Source: Camelus dromedarius (Eukaryota). From it: a stretch of 64,000 bases of DNA. Made by a program: the position numbers and the translations under genes. Location of the stretch: positions 24,676,001 through 24,740,000 of the forward strand of contig NC_087464.1 of NCBI RefSeq assembly GCF_036321535.1, written 5' to 3'. The notes beneath the pieces are model-generated. The model ran no database searches, was not told where the DNA came from, and saw only the letters and a list, made by a program, of their open reading frames with translations. Shown here piece by piece: positions 47,656 to 59,769 of the stretch. How positions within the stretch are numbered: the first letter of the stretch is position 1; each line of letters starts with the position of its first letter.

Positions 47656-49039
47656 AAGAAGTAGGTATTACTTTAAGAGATGGTGAAATTTACCACGTGA
47701 GAGGTAGAAATTTATATTGTGAAATTTAAATATTTGGTAATGTCTTCTGCAACAATGATCATTTATCTTACACAACTCCATCAAAATATTTGAACAGGAA
47801 GTGCACGATTCATGGTTCACTTCCAAATTTAAATCTTGTTTTTAAGATTTTGGTGACAATCCCACCAATTACTGGTACTTTCTCCAAATTGAAATGAATT
47901 TTTTAATTATCTAAGAATCACATTGATTTTAAGAAGATAGTCTAATTTGTCATCATTTTCAATAGAATGTAAATTGTGTTCAATAGAATAAAAAATTTGA
48001 TTGTAACAACATCAAGAACTTTGAAATAAGGAAAGCAAGAAAAATGAACTTAATGAAAAGATATATAATAATTCGTGAGTCATGAGTTATGTATATCTTG
48101 ATTTTATTACTTATCTAAATAGCAGCAGCCAACCAACAGAATATCCAAATATGTGCAAAAACAGTTAAATTCTGTCATCTGTCCTGGCGTACCAACATTC
48201 ATACAAAAGCACTTTAGGTTAAGTGTTAACGTGTTTCACTTTAACATTTTTTGATCTCATGAAAGTATATTTTTCAAGGTAAGAGAACAGAATTTTTTAT
48301 CTAATAGTTTATGGGCTTTGTTTATAATTTTGAATATTTACCCATATGTTACCTGGGCCTCCATTTAGTATATAGGCCTGTTAAGAGCTGCCTTCCTGAG
48401 CTAGGCTGGGGCTGCCCAGCTGACTGGAGGTTAGTGAGTTCACTTCACACTTTAATTCACTTAAGAGAGAGAGAGAGGGCATCCGGTGGATGGAGACGTG
48501 ACTTGAACACAAACATCAGAGGGACACGTGGCTTTTAGATAATAATTATTAGCAATTGATCTCATGCCTCATTTATTCTTTAACTAGTAGAGATTTTTGC
48601 CTGGCTTTGGCTTAAGAAAGCCACTGTGGGTGTGACTGACAGCAGATATCCCTAAGGGCCACCTCCGTGATTCTTCTTTGGTGGTGTCCCTTCTTTGGTC
48701 CCGGAGGGACAGAATCCGAGCCCTTCTGAGAGAGGACCCCTCCGCCCCAGATGGTGACGCCTCCAGATCCTGCTCTGGAATCAATACTGCTGGTCAAGGA
48801 CAGGAGGAAGGGGGCTTCTGATTGTCCGGAAGGGCCCACCCTGCCCCACACAGAAGGTAGAGACCTCCTGCGGCCTGAGAAGATCACCGTGTAGCCCGGG
48901 GCCTCTGGACTGTGGGCCCCGCGGGGAAGCACCCTCGCTCACACCGCTCCTCGGCTGGGAGGCATTGGCCTTGTTCGCAGGGTGTGCGCGTGTGTCCACA
49001 CACAGGCGCCGTGCCCGCGCCCCTGCGATCAGTGAACAC

Positions 49040-50640
49040 CCTTCTACTGGGCTCTGAGGTGATGCTTCCATATGTCTGGAATGAGTTCCCTGGAGTGGGA
49101 TTGATAGGTCAAAGGACATATGTATTTTTAATTTTAATGGATCTTTCCAGATTGATTTCCAAAAAGCCTGTAATAATTTACATCTCCACTAGCAATGATA
49201 AAGTGCATACTTTTCCCCCCACATGCGATAGGTGTGGAAGCCCTTTTTAATCTTGCCAGCCTGAAGGGTGCAAACTCGTACCTCATCACCACTTTAATTT
49301 ACATTCTCCTGAATCCTAATGAATTTAATCATCTTTCCATACTGTTGGATAATTTTCTTCTCTGACTTGCCTGTTCGGATCATTTTATTTATTTCTCCAT
49401 TGGGTTGTCTTATCAATCGATAAGAGCTCTTTGCATATTATAGCCTTGACTATCAGCGGCATTACAGATTTTTTCCAAATCTCATGCTTGCTCTTGACAT
49501 TCCCTACAGTATCTTTTGCCATAAAGATGCTTTTAAAAATATACATACACAAGAAAGAATACCTTTTTGATCCCCTGGATTTCTAGCCTTGGCTGGGAAG
49601 GTCTTCTAACCCCTAGTTTATATGAAGGCCTCTTGCCCAAATTTTTATTGAAGTATAACATTCATGTGAAGATAGTGCACATATTTTTGTGGATCCACGA
49701 ACACACTTGTTTCACAAGTGAACACACTCATGTAACCAGGACCCAGCTCAAGAAACAGAACATCCCCAGCACCCTAGAAGCTAGCCCCTTTGTGGGTCCT
49801 TCCAGTCACTACCCTCCCTAAAGATTAACCTCTACCTTGACTTCTGATGTCATAGGTTAGCGATGACACTTAATTTTCTTTTCCTTTTTTTTTTAAATTG
49901 AAGTAGAGTCAGTTTACAATGTTGTGTTAATTTCTGGTGTACAGCATAGCGATTCAGTTATACATGTATATATTCCTTTTCATATTCTTTTTCACTATAG
50001 GCCATTACAAAGTATTGAATATAGTTCCCTGTGCTATACCTTGTTTATCTATTTGATATGAAAGTTTATTTAAACAAAATCATCCTTACATACACTTCTG
50101 TGTCTAACTTCCTTAACTCAATATTGTGTTTGCAAGGTTCATTCATGTGGTTCACTCATTCTCATTGCTGGGCAGTATTCCTTTATATAAACATGCCACA
50201 CTTTGTCAGTCTGTCTTCCTGATGATGGACGTTTGGTCCATTGGTTGCTTCCAATTTGGGGCACTATTACAAATAGTGCGGCTATGAACATTCTTGTACA
50301 TAATCTGGGTGAATTTGTGTTTGCATTTCTGTTGGATATTTACCCAAGGGTGTAATTTTGGGATCACAGGATATGTGTACGTTCAGCTTTTGTAGGTATT
50401 GTCAGTTTTCCCAAGTGGCTGTAGCAATTAAGAGATGTCTTAGTTACATCCATCCTAACACTTGGTATCCATCTTTTCCATAGTTTCGCCATTCTGGTGC
50501 GTTCATGCTAGTGTTACACTGTGCTTTGTCTTGCCAGATTTTTAACATTTTCTTTTTTATGTTTTAAGCCCTTAATCCACCTAGAATTTTATTTTTTGCA
50601 TATGATAAGATTGGAGTCCACTCTGACTCTATTCCAGACA
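49040..50640 (-). mobile_element. Old L1M fragments with a younger L1 3' end at about 49880-50055
   Basis: GGAGTGGGATTG.TAGGTCAAAGG; TTCCAATTTGGGGC..TTACAAATAGTGCGGCTATGAACATTCTTGTACA. Confidence 0.75.
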
Positions 50641-50999
50641 AAGAGTCAGATGTGCCAGATTAAGTAATTTTTTTTGCCTTGCCGTATATTGAAGTTTAAG
50701 GAAAAGTTCGCCAGGTGGAGTGAGGTCGGGGAGAGCACTCCAGGCTGATGGAGCTGCATGAGCACAGAGGCACAAAGGGACACGATGGGGCTAAAACTGA
50801 GTGTGCGGCAGCTGGAGGCACAGAGGGGAGGCAGAGCCAGGTTTGCCGCTCTCCCCTGAGTACGCTGGCACAAGGCTGCTGTTGAAGGGGGGCACCCGAG
50901 GAGGAAGGAGCCTCTCCGTTTCTGATGTTTGAGGACCTTGAGATCCTCAGCTTGAAAGGTGTGATTGTCAAAATGTCGCTTTTAGGGGAGTGCCGGCTG

Positions 51000-51170
51000 A
51001 GGTACTTATTAAGACCCGTTACACTTTTTATTTCATTTAATCCTCACAGTGACTTTATTAGGGGGACACTGTTCACCCTGATTTACAGATGAGGCTGAGA
51101 AACATCAAGTGGTTTGCCCTCGTTCACAGCTGGTAAGAGCCGAGACTGGAACCCAGGTCTGTCTCCCTCC
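51000..51170 (-). mobile_element. MIR SINE
   Basis: TTTCATTTAATCCTCACA..TTTACAGATGAGG..GAACCCAGGTCTGTCT. Confidence 0.8.
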
Positions 51171-52367
51171 TGAGTTCCTGCTCTTTCTTCCAGACACACT
51201 GTTGACACCACCAGTGGACAGTGAATTGAGCTTCCAGCCACTTTCCAAACAATGGAGCACGTGATGAAGCAGAGATTATGATCATTCCTTCAGCCCCTGC
51301 AAGCAGACCCCGTCGGTGGCTGTTTTCTCTTCCCCAGTCACACTGAGTGGTTGATTTCCTGGGAAACTGAGTCACTGTTCAAGCAGCAATGGTTCCTTCA
51401 GCTGAAAGGCATGCGGAGTGAGCCCAAGGTGACTGCTCGGGGCCGTGGGCAAGTTTCTATGTCTGTGGAGAGAAGGGAGCAGCATCCTGGAGGAAGTAGT
51501 GCGGTGAGAGAGACGGACAGACAAGGCTGCCTCTGTCCTCGCCCCTTTCCCATTTGACGTTCCGGGTCACAGAAGGTCCAGCTGCTCTTCTTTTCCCGAC
51601 TAAGAGAGATCTCTGTGCCCCAGTAACTGCCCCGCACCCCCGTCACCTGCACCGTCTTTGTTCCCCACCCCATTGACAGGAGCATGCTGGCACTCACACA
51701 TCAGACACACGGACACACACAGGAGACAGAGCAGAGCCAACCCCCCACTTAGGGGGAACTGCCTCCTGGACCAGGAGATCCCAGAGAATCAGTCTAGCTC
51801 CAGGGTTTCCAGATTATAACACATGAATTATTCCGCAGAGGGAAGTCACACAAATAATGAAGCAATTTCCCACCAAAGGGAAGATTTTAACTGCTCAAGA
51901 TAATTGTAGAAAAGCACACTGAAATTATGAAGTGCCATCTCCCTCTATCAGATGGGCAAAGATTTAAAAGTTTGATAATATCCAGTGTTGGTGGGGGTGT
52001 AAAGATACGCCATTTGGCAAGGGAAAAAAAAAAAAGGATTACAGCTTCCGAGGTAGGTGACTTGGCGATTGGCAGTGTATGTCAGAGTGTTCCGCACAGC
52101 TACCCTTAACCCCAGGAAGCCCACTCATAAAATCCTACATATATAGAGACACATAGATATGGAAATATCACCACACTAAAATACTGATTAAGAAAGTTCA
52201 TTGCAGTATTTGGTTATAATACAGAAAACTGGAAACATCTAAAAAAGTCCATCAGTAGAAAACTGGCCAAATAGGTTAAGGGTGTCCACACCATGGACTA
52301 CTACTCAGCCATTTAAAGGGGTGAGGTGGACCTCTGTGGTTCTGTCATGGAAATGTGTCCACAATAT

Positions 52368-52510
52368 TTTTTTTTTTAGTTTTTTTGTGAGGGGAGGGAG
52401 GTAATTAGGTTTATGTATTTATTTATTTTTAGAGGAGGGACTAGGGATTGAACCCAGGACCTCGTGCATGCTAAGCATGTGCTCTACCACTTGAGCTGTA
52501 CGCTCCCCCC
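52368..52510 (-). mobile_element. Vic-1-like SINE
   Basis: GAGGTAATTAGGTTTA..GGGATTGAACCCAGGACCTCGTGCATGCTAAGCATGTGCTCTACCACTTGAGCT. Confidence 0.9.
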
Positions 52511-52519
52511 CTACAATAT

Positions 52520-53183
52520 GTTTTTTATTGAGTTATCATTGACTTACAGTATTATATAGGTTTCAGGTGTACAACATAGTGGTTAATGTATAGTTATCGT
52601 GAAATGTTGTTATAAAAGAGCATAAAATATTGGCTATATTCCTTGTATTGTACGGTATATCCTTGTAGCTTATTTATTTTATACATAGTAGTTTGCACCT
52701 CTTAATCCCCTACCCCTTTCTTGCTCCTCCCCCTTCCCTCACACTGCTGGTAACCACTAGTTTATTCTCTACATCTGTGAGTCTGCTTCTTTATTGTTAT
52801 ATTCACTAGCTTGTTTTATCTTTTTAGATTCCACATGTAAGTGATAACATACAGTATTCGTCTTTCTCTGTTTGACTCATTTCACTTAGCATAATACCCT
52901 CCAAGTCCATTCATATTGCTNNNNNNNNNNNNNNNNNNNNNNNNNNNNNNNNNNNNNNNNNNNNNNNNNNNNNNNNNNNNNNNNNNNNNNNNNNNNNNNN
53001 NNNNNNNNNNNNNNNNNNNNNNNNNNNNNNNNNNNNNNNNNNNNNNNNNNNNNNNNNNNNNNNNNNNNNNNNNNNNNATTTTTCCAAATTATTGTTTTCA
53101 TTTTCAGATATTACGCAGGAGCGGCATGGCTGGAGTGTTGTAGTTCTATTTTCACTTTTTTGAGGAATTTCCACACTGCTTTC
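52520..53183 (-). mobile_element. Truncated L1 (L1MA9-like) 3' end
   Basis: TATTATAT.AGGTTTCAGGTGTACAACATAGTG..CTGGTAACCACTAGTTT..TTTAGATTCCACATGTAAGTGATA..TTTTTGAGGAATTTCCACACTGC. Confidence 0.85.
52921..53077. other. N-run (157 nt)
   Basis: Undetermined bases inside L1 sequence. Confidence 1.
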
Positions 53184-54252
53184 CCACAATATATTTTTTA
53201 ATTGCAAAAAAGGTGAAGTACAGAAGAGCACGTTCTTTTTACTCATTTGTGCTTTTAAAAACATTTTTGTACATGCCTTGAAGGTGTCTACGAGGTATAG
53301 AAGAAACTGTTACAGTAGGTAGCTCTGGAATTGAAGTGAGGGAGGGGGAAGAGAACGGAGACTAGGTTTTTTACTTAATAACCTTCTGTACTATTTGACA
53401 TTTTTACAATAAGCATAAAATAAGCATGTATTAACTATATAATAAATTATTTTAACTGAGATTTTAAAAAATGTATATATTAGGATTTCCTGTAAGATTT
53501 CACTTAGAAAAAGAAACTCCACCACTAAAAATTTTGAAGAACACAACCCTGTTGTGCAAATTGCCGGGAAAATCTGTGGAAGACTTTTTGAAATGGGGAG
53601 AAAAGTGCCTATGGAGTCCTGGGCTGGTGTGACCTTCCAGGTCGTCTGACTCTGCCGCAGCCCCTCCGGCAGTGTCTTGTAAGTTGTAGAAAACTGAAAA
53701 TAACACAAATGATTCTTGTCCGCAGCAGCAAATGAATTGTGTCCAGTGGAGGTATAATTGATTTCCCTTCACTGGGAAGAAGCCACTTTTGGAGCAGTTC
53801 ACAAATCCACTTCGTTATTCCTGATGCCAATATATGTATCTGCTCTTTGTAACTGTCCTTTGAACCAATTTTTAACACATCACTGGTTCCCCCATTAATT
53901 AAATAAAATCGTTTTATATTTTTATGAGTTACAATTTCTCCATTTCCACAATGATCTTTTAACAAAGTGAAGACAAGGAGGACCAGCTGAGGAAGAGATT
54001 TGCCCAAAGTTAGGTGCCTGGGGTTGCAAATATAGTGCCAATCCCCAGCCCTCAAATTTCTTGTCTATTTTACCTACATTATCAAGTAACAAGGATTGAA
54101 ATCTTTCCCAATTTGACTTGAATACTTACTCCATATAGACATGGAGTTAATTTAGAAGTGCTTTCTCACAAGTATATATACACACACAGAGTCACACACG
54201 CACAAACACCTTGCTGACCATGTACAAACTTCCACACAGAGGAACCCCCACG

Positions 54253-54271
54253 ACACACACACACACACACA
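54253..54271 (+). repeat. (AC)n microsatellite at the left edge of the CpG island
   Basis: About nine AC units, within a longer CA-rich tract starting near 54175. Confidence 0.85.
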
Positions 54272-54299
54272 ACTGGAACCCAGGCGCTCTTCTGCAAAG

Positions 54300-55150
54300 C
54301 AGCTGAAGGGCTGGCAGCGGAGCGCTGTCCCCTCCTGCAGACCCTCGATCGAGCCTCGCAGGGAGAAGAGGTGGCTCCCTGGCTTATAACCGGCGGCCAC
54401 AGCGACGGGGGCTCGAGTCCCGGGAGGCAGGCAAAGCCCCCAACCGCAGGCCCAGCCCAGCAGGGGAAAGGGGCCGCACCCCTGCGGAACCCGGCGCCGC
54501 CCAGGGCGCCAGGCCCCCGAGTCCCGGGGGAGTCCAGCGAGGCTGCCCGGAGGCGGTGGCCTCTGCGCGGACGTTTGATAACCCTGGAGCCAAGACGTCA
54601 AGCCCAGACGCATTTGCACGGCGGCCACTGGACTGAGCAGGGGAGGGGAAAGCCAGGCCTCCAAGCGCGGACCCGCTGAGCCGGTGGCGTTTGTGTCGCG
54701 CGGAAAGAGAAATCCCAGGAGACGCAGAGCCCGCGCCGGGCCTGGGCCTGGCCCGCCAGCCGGGAGCAACGCGGCCCCCGCCCCGCGCCTGCGGCTCCGG
54801 AGGTGGGCTCGCGGCGCCCCCTGCGGGCCCCGGGCCGCTCTCCCTCCGGGCGCGGGCCAGCCGCGGGAGGCCGGCGGGAGCAGGAGGAGAGCCCCAGCAT
54901 GCCGGCCAGGCGGTCCGGTCCTCGGTCCCTTCCAGGCGCCGGGGGCGCTCCTGCCGGTGCGTCTCTGTTCTGTGCATCCCTGAAGGCGTCGCATCCACGC
55001 ATCTCCATCACCGATGGATCCCAACCACGTTCCGCAGATGAGGAAGCCGAGGTTCCAAGACGAAGCCTGATGCGTCCACGGGCACGAGGGCGACTTCTGG
55101 GACCCTAAGGCCCCTCCTCACCCGTGCTCGTCTTTCCCCGCCTAGGGACC
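54300..55150. promoter_or_regulatory. Orphan CpG island ~8.5-9 kb upstream of ADPGK
   Basis: Abrupt rise in GC and CpG (about 10 CpG in the single 60-bp line 54781-54840) against AT-rich L1 flanks. Contains a CTCF-type motif at 54814-54827 and TTATAA at 54384. Confidence 0.8.
54814..54827 (-). promoter_or_regulatory. Candidate CTCF site
   Basis: Minus strand reads CCCGCAGGGGGCGC, a 13/14 match to CCASYAGRKGGCRS, inside a CpG island. Confidence 0.5.
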
Positions 55151-55439
55151 TCTTCCTTCGCCCTAGAAGGCCTACGTGTGGCCACAGACTCAACGGTTTG
55201 CGGTACCCTCTCCAGGTTTTCTCAGAGCCAGAGAGGTCGCCTGGAGCACCCTTCCCGGAACGGATTGGCAGGACTGCGGTAGGGACAGAAGAGCGTGTGG
55301 AGTGGGGTACCCTGTCTACTGCAAAAGGGAGGCAGATAAACTTTACCAGAGGCAAATCTGAGGCCATCATCTGGAGTGCCCTTGGAGGAAGCGGTTCCAC
55401 TTGTCTGACTCAGTCCTAAGAAGACGCTTAAGAAACTCA

Positions 55440-55830
55440 GCGAATTTCGCTATGAGAATATTCATCCCTCATCGTTTGTAAAAGCCAGAACTTGGGAACA
55501 GTCTAACTTTCTACCGGTGGGTTAAACAGCTAGTAATCTATGCAGCCATGAAAAATCATATTGGATAAAAAATTTTGGTGATATATCAAAATCTTCATTA
55601 TATTATTCAGAAAAGAAAGTTACAACAATGTAATAATGAAATTCCATTTGGGGGAAGATGCATGTGTCTGTGTGCATTACATTAAAAAGTCTGCAAAGAT
55701 ATACACCCCCAAATTAGCATGGATTGATGGGATTAGGGGTGATTTTGAAAGTACTTGTACCTTTCTGTATTTTCTAAATGAAATACGCTGACTATGTATT
55801 GGTTTTATGATTCATATTTTTAGCAGGAAA
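55440..55830 (+). mobile_element. Old L1ME-like 3' fragment
   Basis: GTAAAAGCCAGAACTTGGGAACAGTCTAA..AATCTATGCAGCCATGAAAAA. Confidence 0.6.
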
Positions 55831-56959
55831 AGCTCAGTGTTCACTATTTGGCCATAGATCAGGAACTTTGGAAGAAAAATTGCCACTGGATACCTACTCA
55901 GGTTGTAACGGATAAAGTCACTGACTAATGTGCCAGATTTTCATTCCAGAAAGTTGACAAACATGCAGTCAGTAATGCGGTCCCTTTCTTGGACTAGCTC
56001 CATGCAAACTGACTGGAGCACTCAGTGCAACCTCTGAAATCCATGGAAGAAGTAGGGAATTTATTATCTACACCAACCCTGTCTGCAGCTCCAGGCTGCA
56101 TAGTAAGCACGTGAAGCCATCACGCTGATGGATTCAGTTGTGATCAGGAGCGGTGGTGACAAAGTAGGCTGTCAGGAGGGAGCAAGTCCCCCAGATTCTC
56201 TCTTGCAAGGAGGCAACACTGAAAACTACGTTAGGCCTTTTCCTTTCAAAACTTGGCAAAGCGGAATTTGCTGAGAAGTAAGCAGTGCAGTCTGTTTTTA
56301 ATTCCATTTCTCAAGAAAACCCAGCTAACTTTCATCATGACTTACTGTCTTGTATCTTTCTGGAAATTAACTTTTTAATATAACCTTAACGAAAGATAAT
56401 CGTGTGTGAAAATCAAATCCAATTGTTAGAATATTTTTCTAGTGAAGTCCTATCCACTTTTTATTATAAAAGTTATTCTCTGTTGTTCTGAAGAGTACCT
56501 AGTGCCAAAAACTAAGAAAAACCTGCATTATAGTCTCACCATCAGAACCGACTTGTTTAAAGAAATCTGTTTGCAATAAGTTGCAATGAACTTTAATGAC
56601 CCTCTAAAGAAAGATTTAGATGACCCTTTAAGGGAAGATTGAGAAATGAACTACTAGAAGTAGTCATTCATTAACAGAGAGAAAAACATAAACATGAATG
56701 AGGATGGGGGGCAATGAATTGCCTGCTCTTTCTGGGAGGTAGGGAAGTAACATCCACACTGCAGGGACCTGCAGGCTCTGCTGCCGAGGCCAGTGGCCCC
56801 AAGAGCTGACCGCTGGGGGTGTTCCCTGCCCCAGCCCGGGCCCTATGAGCTCAGCCTGCCGTATGACGAAGGGCTCCCGCCAGAGAAGGAGATAAATGTG
56901 ATCAGCTTCATTCTGCCCTGCCCTTCAAATCCCAGCACCCAGTGTCCCCACCACCACCG

Positions 56960-57350
56960 CCACAAACTGTGTGGTTTGGGGCCATCACCTGATCTTTCCC
57001 AACCCAGTTTCTCATCTGTAAATGCAAAGAAGAGTCTTCATATTGTGCAGTTGCTGGAAGATTTATTATTATTCAACAAGTATTTATTGAATGCCAGGCA
57101 CTGTTCTAGTCACTGACTAGGACAGACAAGGCCCCTGTTTTCATAGGATTCATATTCTAATAGGATGAGGTCACCATAAGCCAATGAGAAAGTCGGGTAT
57201 TAATAAGTTCTAGACAGAAAGTAAAAGGGGGAGAGGTGACCGAGACCCGCAGGCTCACGACATTACATGGGTTGGTCAGGGAAGCCTGTGTGCGAAGACG
57301 ATATTTGAGCAGGATTTCAGTGAAGGGCAGAAGGCAACCAGGTGTGCAGA
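56960..57350. mobile_element. MIR (+, 56960-57065) followed by an L2 3' end (-, 57065-57350)
   Basis: CCCAGTTTCTCATCTGTAAATG; ATTCAACAAGTATTTATTGAATGCCAGGCACTGTTCTAG. Confidence 0.75.
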
Positions 57351-57369
57351 GATCCAGGGGAGAAACCGA

Positions 57370-59060
57370 GTAAAGGGTCCAGAGGGCTTCTCTGTACTAT
57401 TTTTGCAGCTTCCTGTGAATCTATAACTATTTCAAAATAAAAACCTTTGAAAACCAATTAACTACTGATACACACCACAGCCTAGATGAGTGTCAAAATG
57501 ATTATGCTGAGTGAAAAAATAACAGATCAAAAAGAGTACCTACTGTATGATTTTATTTATATAAAATTCTGTAAAGTGTGAACTGATCCATAGCAGCAGA
57601 AAGTGTATCATCAATTGCTGGGTACAGATTAGGAAGGAAGAGGGGACGTTTGGGCCGGAAGCAGTGGGAGGGAGGGATTACAAAGGGACGTGGGGAATCT
57701 TCTGGGGTGATGGATACACTTATTATCTAGATTGTAGTGATGGTTTCAGGGTGTATACATATGGTAAACTTATTAAACTGCATACTCTATTGTATTGAAG
57801 TTTATTGTATGTTAATTTTATCTTAATAAAGGCACTAAAAAATTAAGTTAAAAAATAAAAATAAAAAAATTTTAAAAGTAAAATTAAAAATTAAAAAAAG
57901 ACAAAAAATTTAAGTGCCTAGAAGTAAAGCATGCTAAAGATACACAAAGCTTCTACATATAAAACTCTAATATGTTACTGTAAGACATTTAGATAGATCT
58001 AAATAAATAAATGGGCTTATCATGGTCTTAAATGGGACAACTCCATATTGAAAAGATGGCAATCCTCCTCAAACCGGAACTAATCAACATCTAAACTGTT
58101 TCTTTCTTAGAAAAGTCAATTTGAAAATGGATATGCGGATGAAAAAAGGCTACGGATAGCCGTGACGCTCTTGAGAAATAAGGTAAAAGGACTTACATTA
58201 TTTTATCAAAACAGTGAGGTGCTGCTATGAGGGTAAACCAAGAGATCAGCAGGACAGAATAAAAAGCCCGCATCTGATTCACACATACATAGACATGATA
58301 TTGGACACAGGTGGGAGTGCAGAGTCATTGGAAAATGACCGATAAAAGGCACTGGGTCTGTTGGGTTTCCATAAAAATTCTTCCCACAATACACAAAAAT
58401 CAGCTCCAAGGTGACTTAAACCCAGAAACATGAAACGTAAACCACACAGCTCGGAGAAGGCAGTAAAGAAGACCATCTTCATGACCCCAAGGAGGGGAAG
58501 GTTTTTTAAACAAGTAACAAAAAGCACCAATGATAAAGGGAAAGGCAGCAATAAAAGGGAACAAATTATTAAAACTACATTAAAATGAAGAACTTTACTC
58601 ACTAAAGGTATTATAAAGAGAATGTAAAGACAAGTGACAGAGGTGGAGAACAAGATATTTACAACTAGCTAAACTAACTAATAAAAATCTTGTCAAAACC
58701 ACAGTGAGGCACCACTACACACCCTGCAGAGTGGCAACATTTTAAGAATCGGTTGGTGTGTATGTGCAGCAACAAAACCTCTCACATGCTGCCAGTGGGA
58801 GGGTAACCTGATGTACCACTTGGAAAGACGTCTGATATTCCCGAGTAAAGATGAGGAGGACAAGGGTGCCACATGGCTTAGAAATTTCACTTAGTTTATA
58901 CCCTAAAGAAATTTCTACACATGTGTATCAGTAGTGAGTAATATTATACAGAATATGACAACACTGGGGAAATTCCAAAGTTCTAAAACACAGTAAAATG
59001 AATACATAAATTTTAGTATTTTCATTCAGTGGAATATTAGATGGATGCCAAGCAGCTAAA
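57370..59060 (+). mobile_element. Cluster of old L1M 3'UTR and ORF2 fragments
   Basis: ATTATGCTGAGTGAAAAAA..GAGTAC.TACTGTATGATT; ATATTGAAAAGATGGCAAT.CTCC.CAAA; AAAACCACAGTGAGGCACCACTACACACC. Confidence 0.75.
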
Positions 59061-59194
59061 AGTTAGAAAAGGTCACTGCACAGTGATCAGGGCAGAGATG
59101 GCGGTCCTCCTGGCAGTGAGAGAGTGACAGCCCAGAAGGGCTGAAGGGAAAATAAAATAGAGTCTCAGGAACCAGTCAGAGCAATGGCAGGGAG

Positions 59195-59370
59195 TGTTCT
59201 GGCATGTGTCAACGTGTAGCAGACACTGTGCCAGGCTCTTTTTTAGGATAACTCTACCTCCCACAACCATTGGATAAAGTAGGAATTATTTTGCAGGTAA
59301 GGAAATTGATGACTTGCCTGAGGTCACACAGATAGCAGATGACAGAACTGTTGTTTTAAAACCAGCCACG
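59195..59370 (-). mobile_element. MIR SINE
   Basis: TTTTGCAGGTAAGGAAATTGA.GACTTGCCTGAGGTCACACAG. Confidence 0.7.
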
Positions 59371-59383
59371 GGGCAGCAGGAGC

Positions 59384-59467
59384 GGGAGGTAACAGTTCCG
59401 TGGTAGGGCGCTTGCTTAGCATATATGAGGTCCTGGGTTCAATCCCCAGTACCTACAGTTTAAAAAG
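59384..59467 (+). mobile_element. Short Vic-1-like SINE
   Basis: GTGGTAGGGCGCTTGCTTAGCATATATGAGGTCCTGGGTTCAATCCCCAGTACC. Confidence 0.85.
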
Positions 59468-59769
59468 ACAAAACCAGGCATCAAATCCCACATTCCCTCC
59501 ATATAAGTAGAAACTGTTGACTGCCTTGCAACAACCACTCACCACCTCTCCTTTCTGTCCAACACTGATTTTGTCATAACCTGCCACCCGCTCCGTGCTG
59601 TCGCCCTAGGGATGGCAGAGCAAAAGAGAGTAAGCCTGGGCCCCTGCCCACTGGAGCGCAGCGCAGTCCTGCCACACCAGCTGGACATTTTTGCTTCCTT
59701 TCATTTATTTTTTCCTTTCTTTTAGTTTGGAAAACAACTCTTAGATTAAGTGGTCCTAGAACTGTCGTG

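Larger units (their letters stand above)
51890..53500 (+). mobile_element. Old L1ME-like 3' region interrupted by a Vic-1 SINE and a younger L1
   Basis: GATTTAAAAGTTTGATAATATCCAGTGTTGG; CCATGGACTACTACTCAGCCATT; resumes after 53192. Confidence 0.7.

Noticed and set aside
54152-55024. 290-aa minus-strand ORF and several overlapping 100-200-aa ORFs
   Set aside because: All frames are open because the CGI is GC-rich. The products are low-complexity Arg/Gly/Pro/Ala with no recognisable domain.
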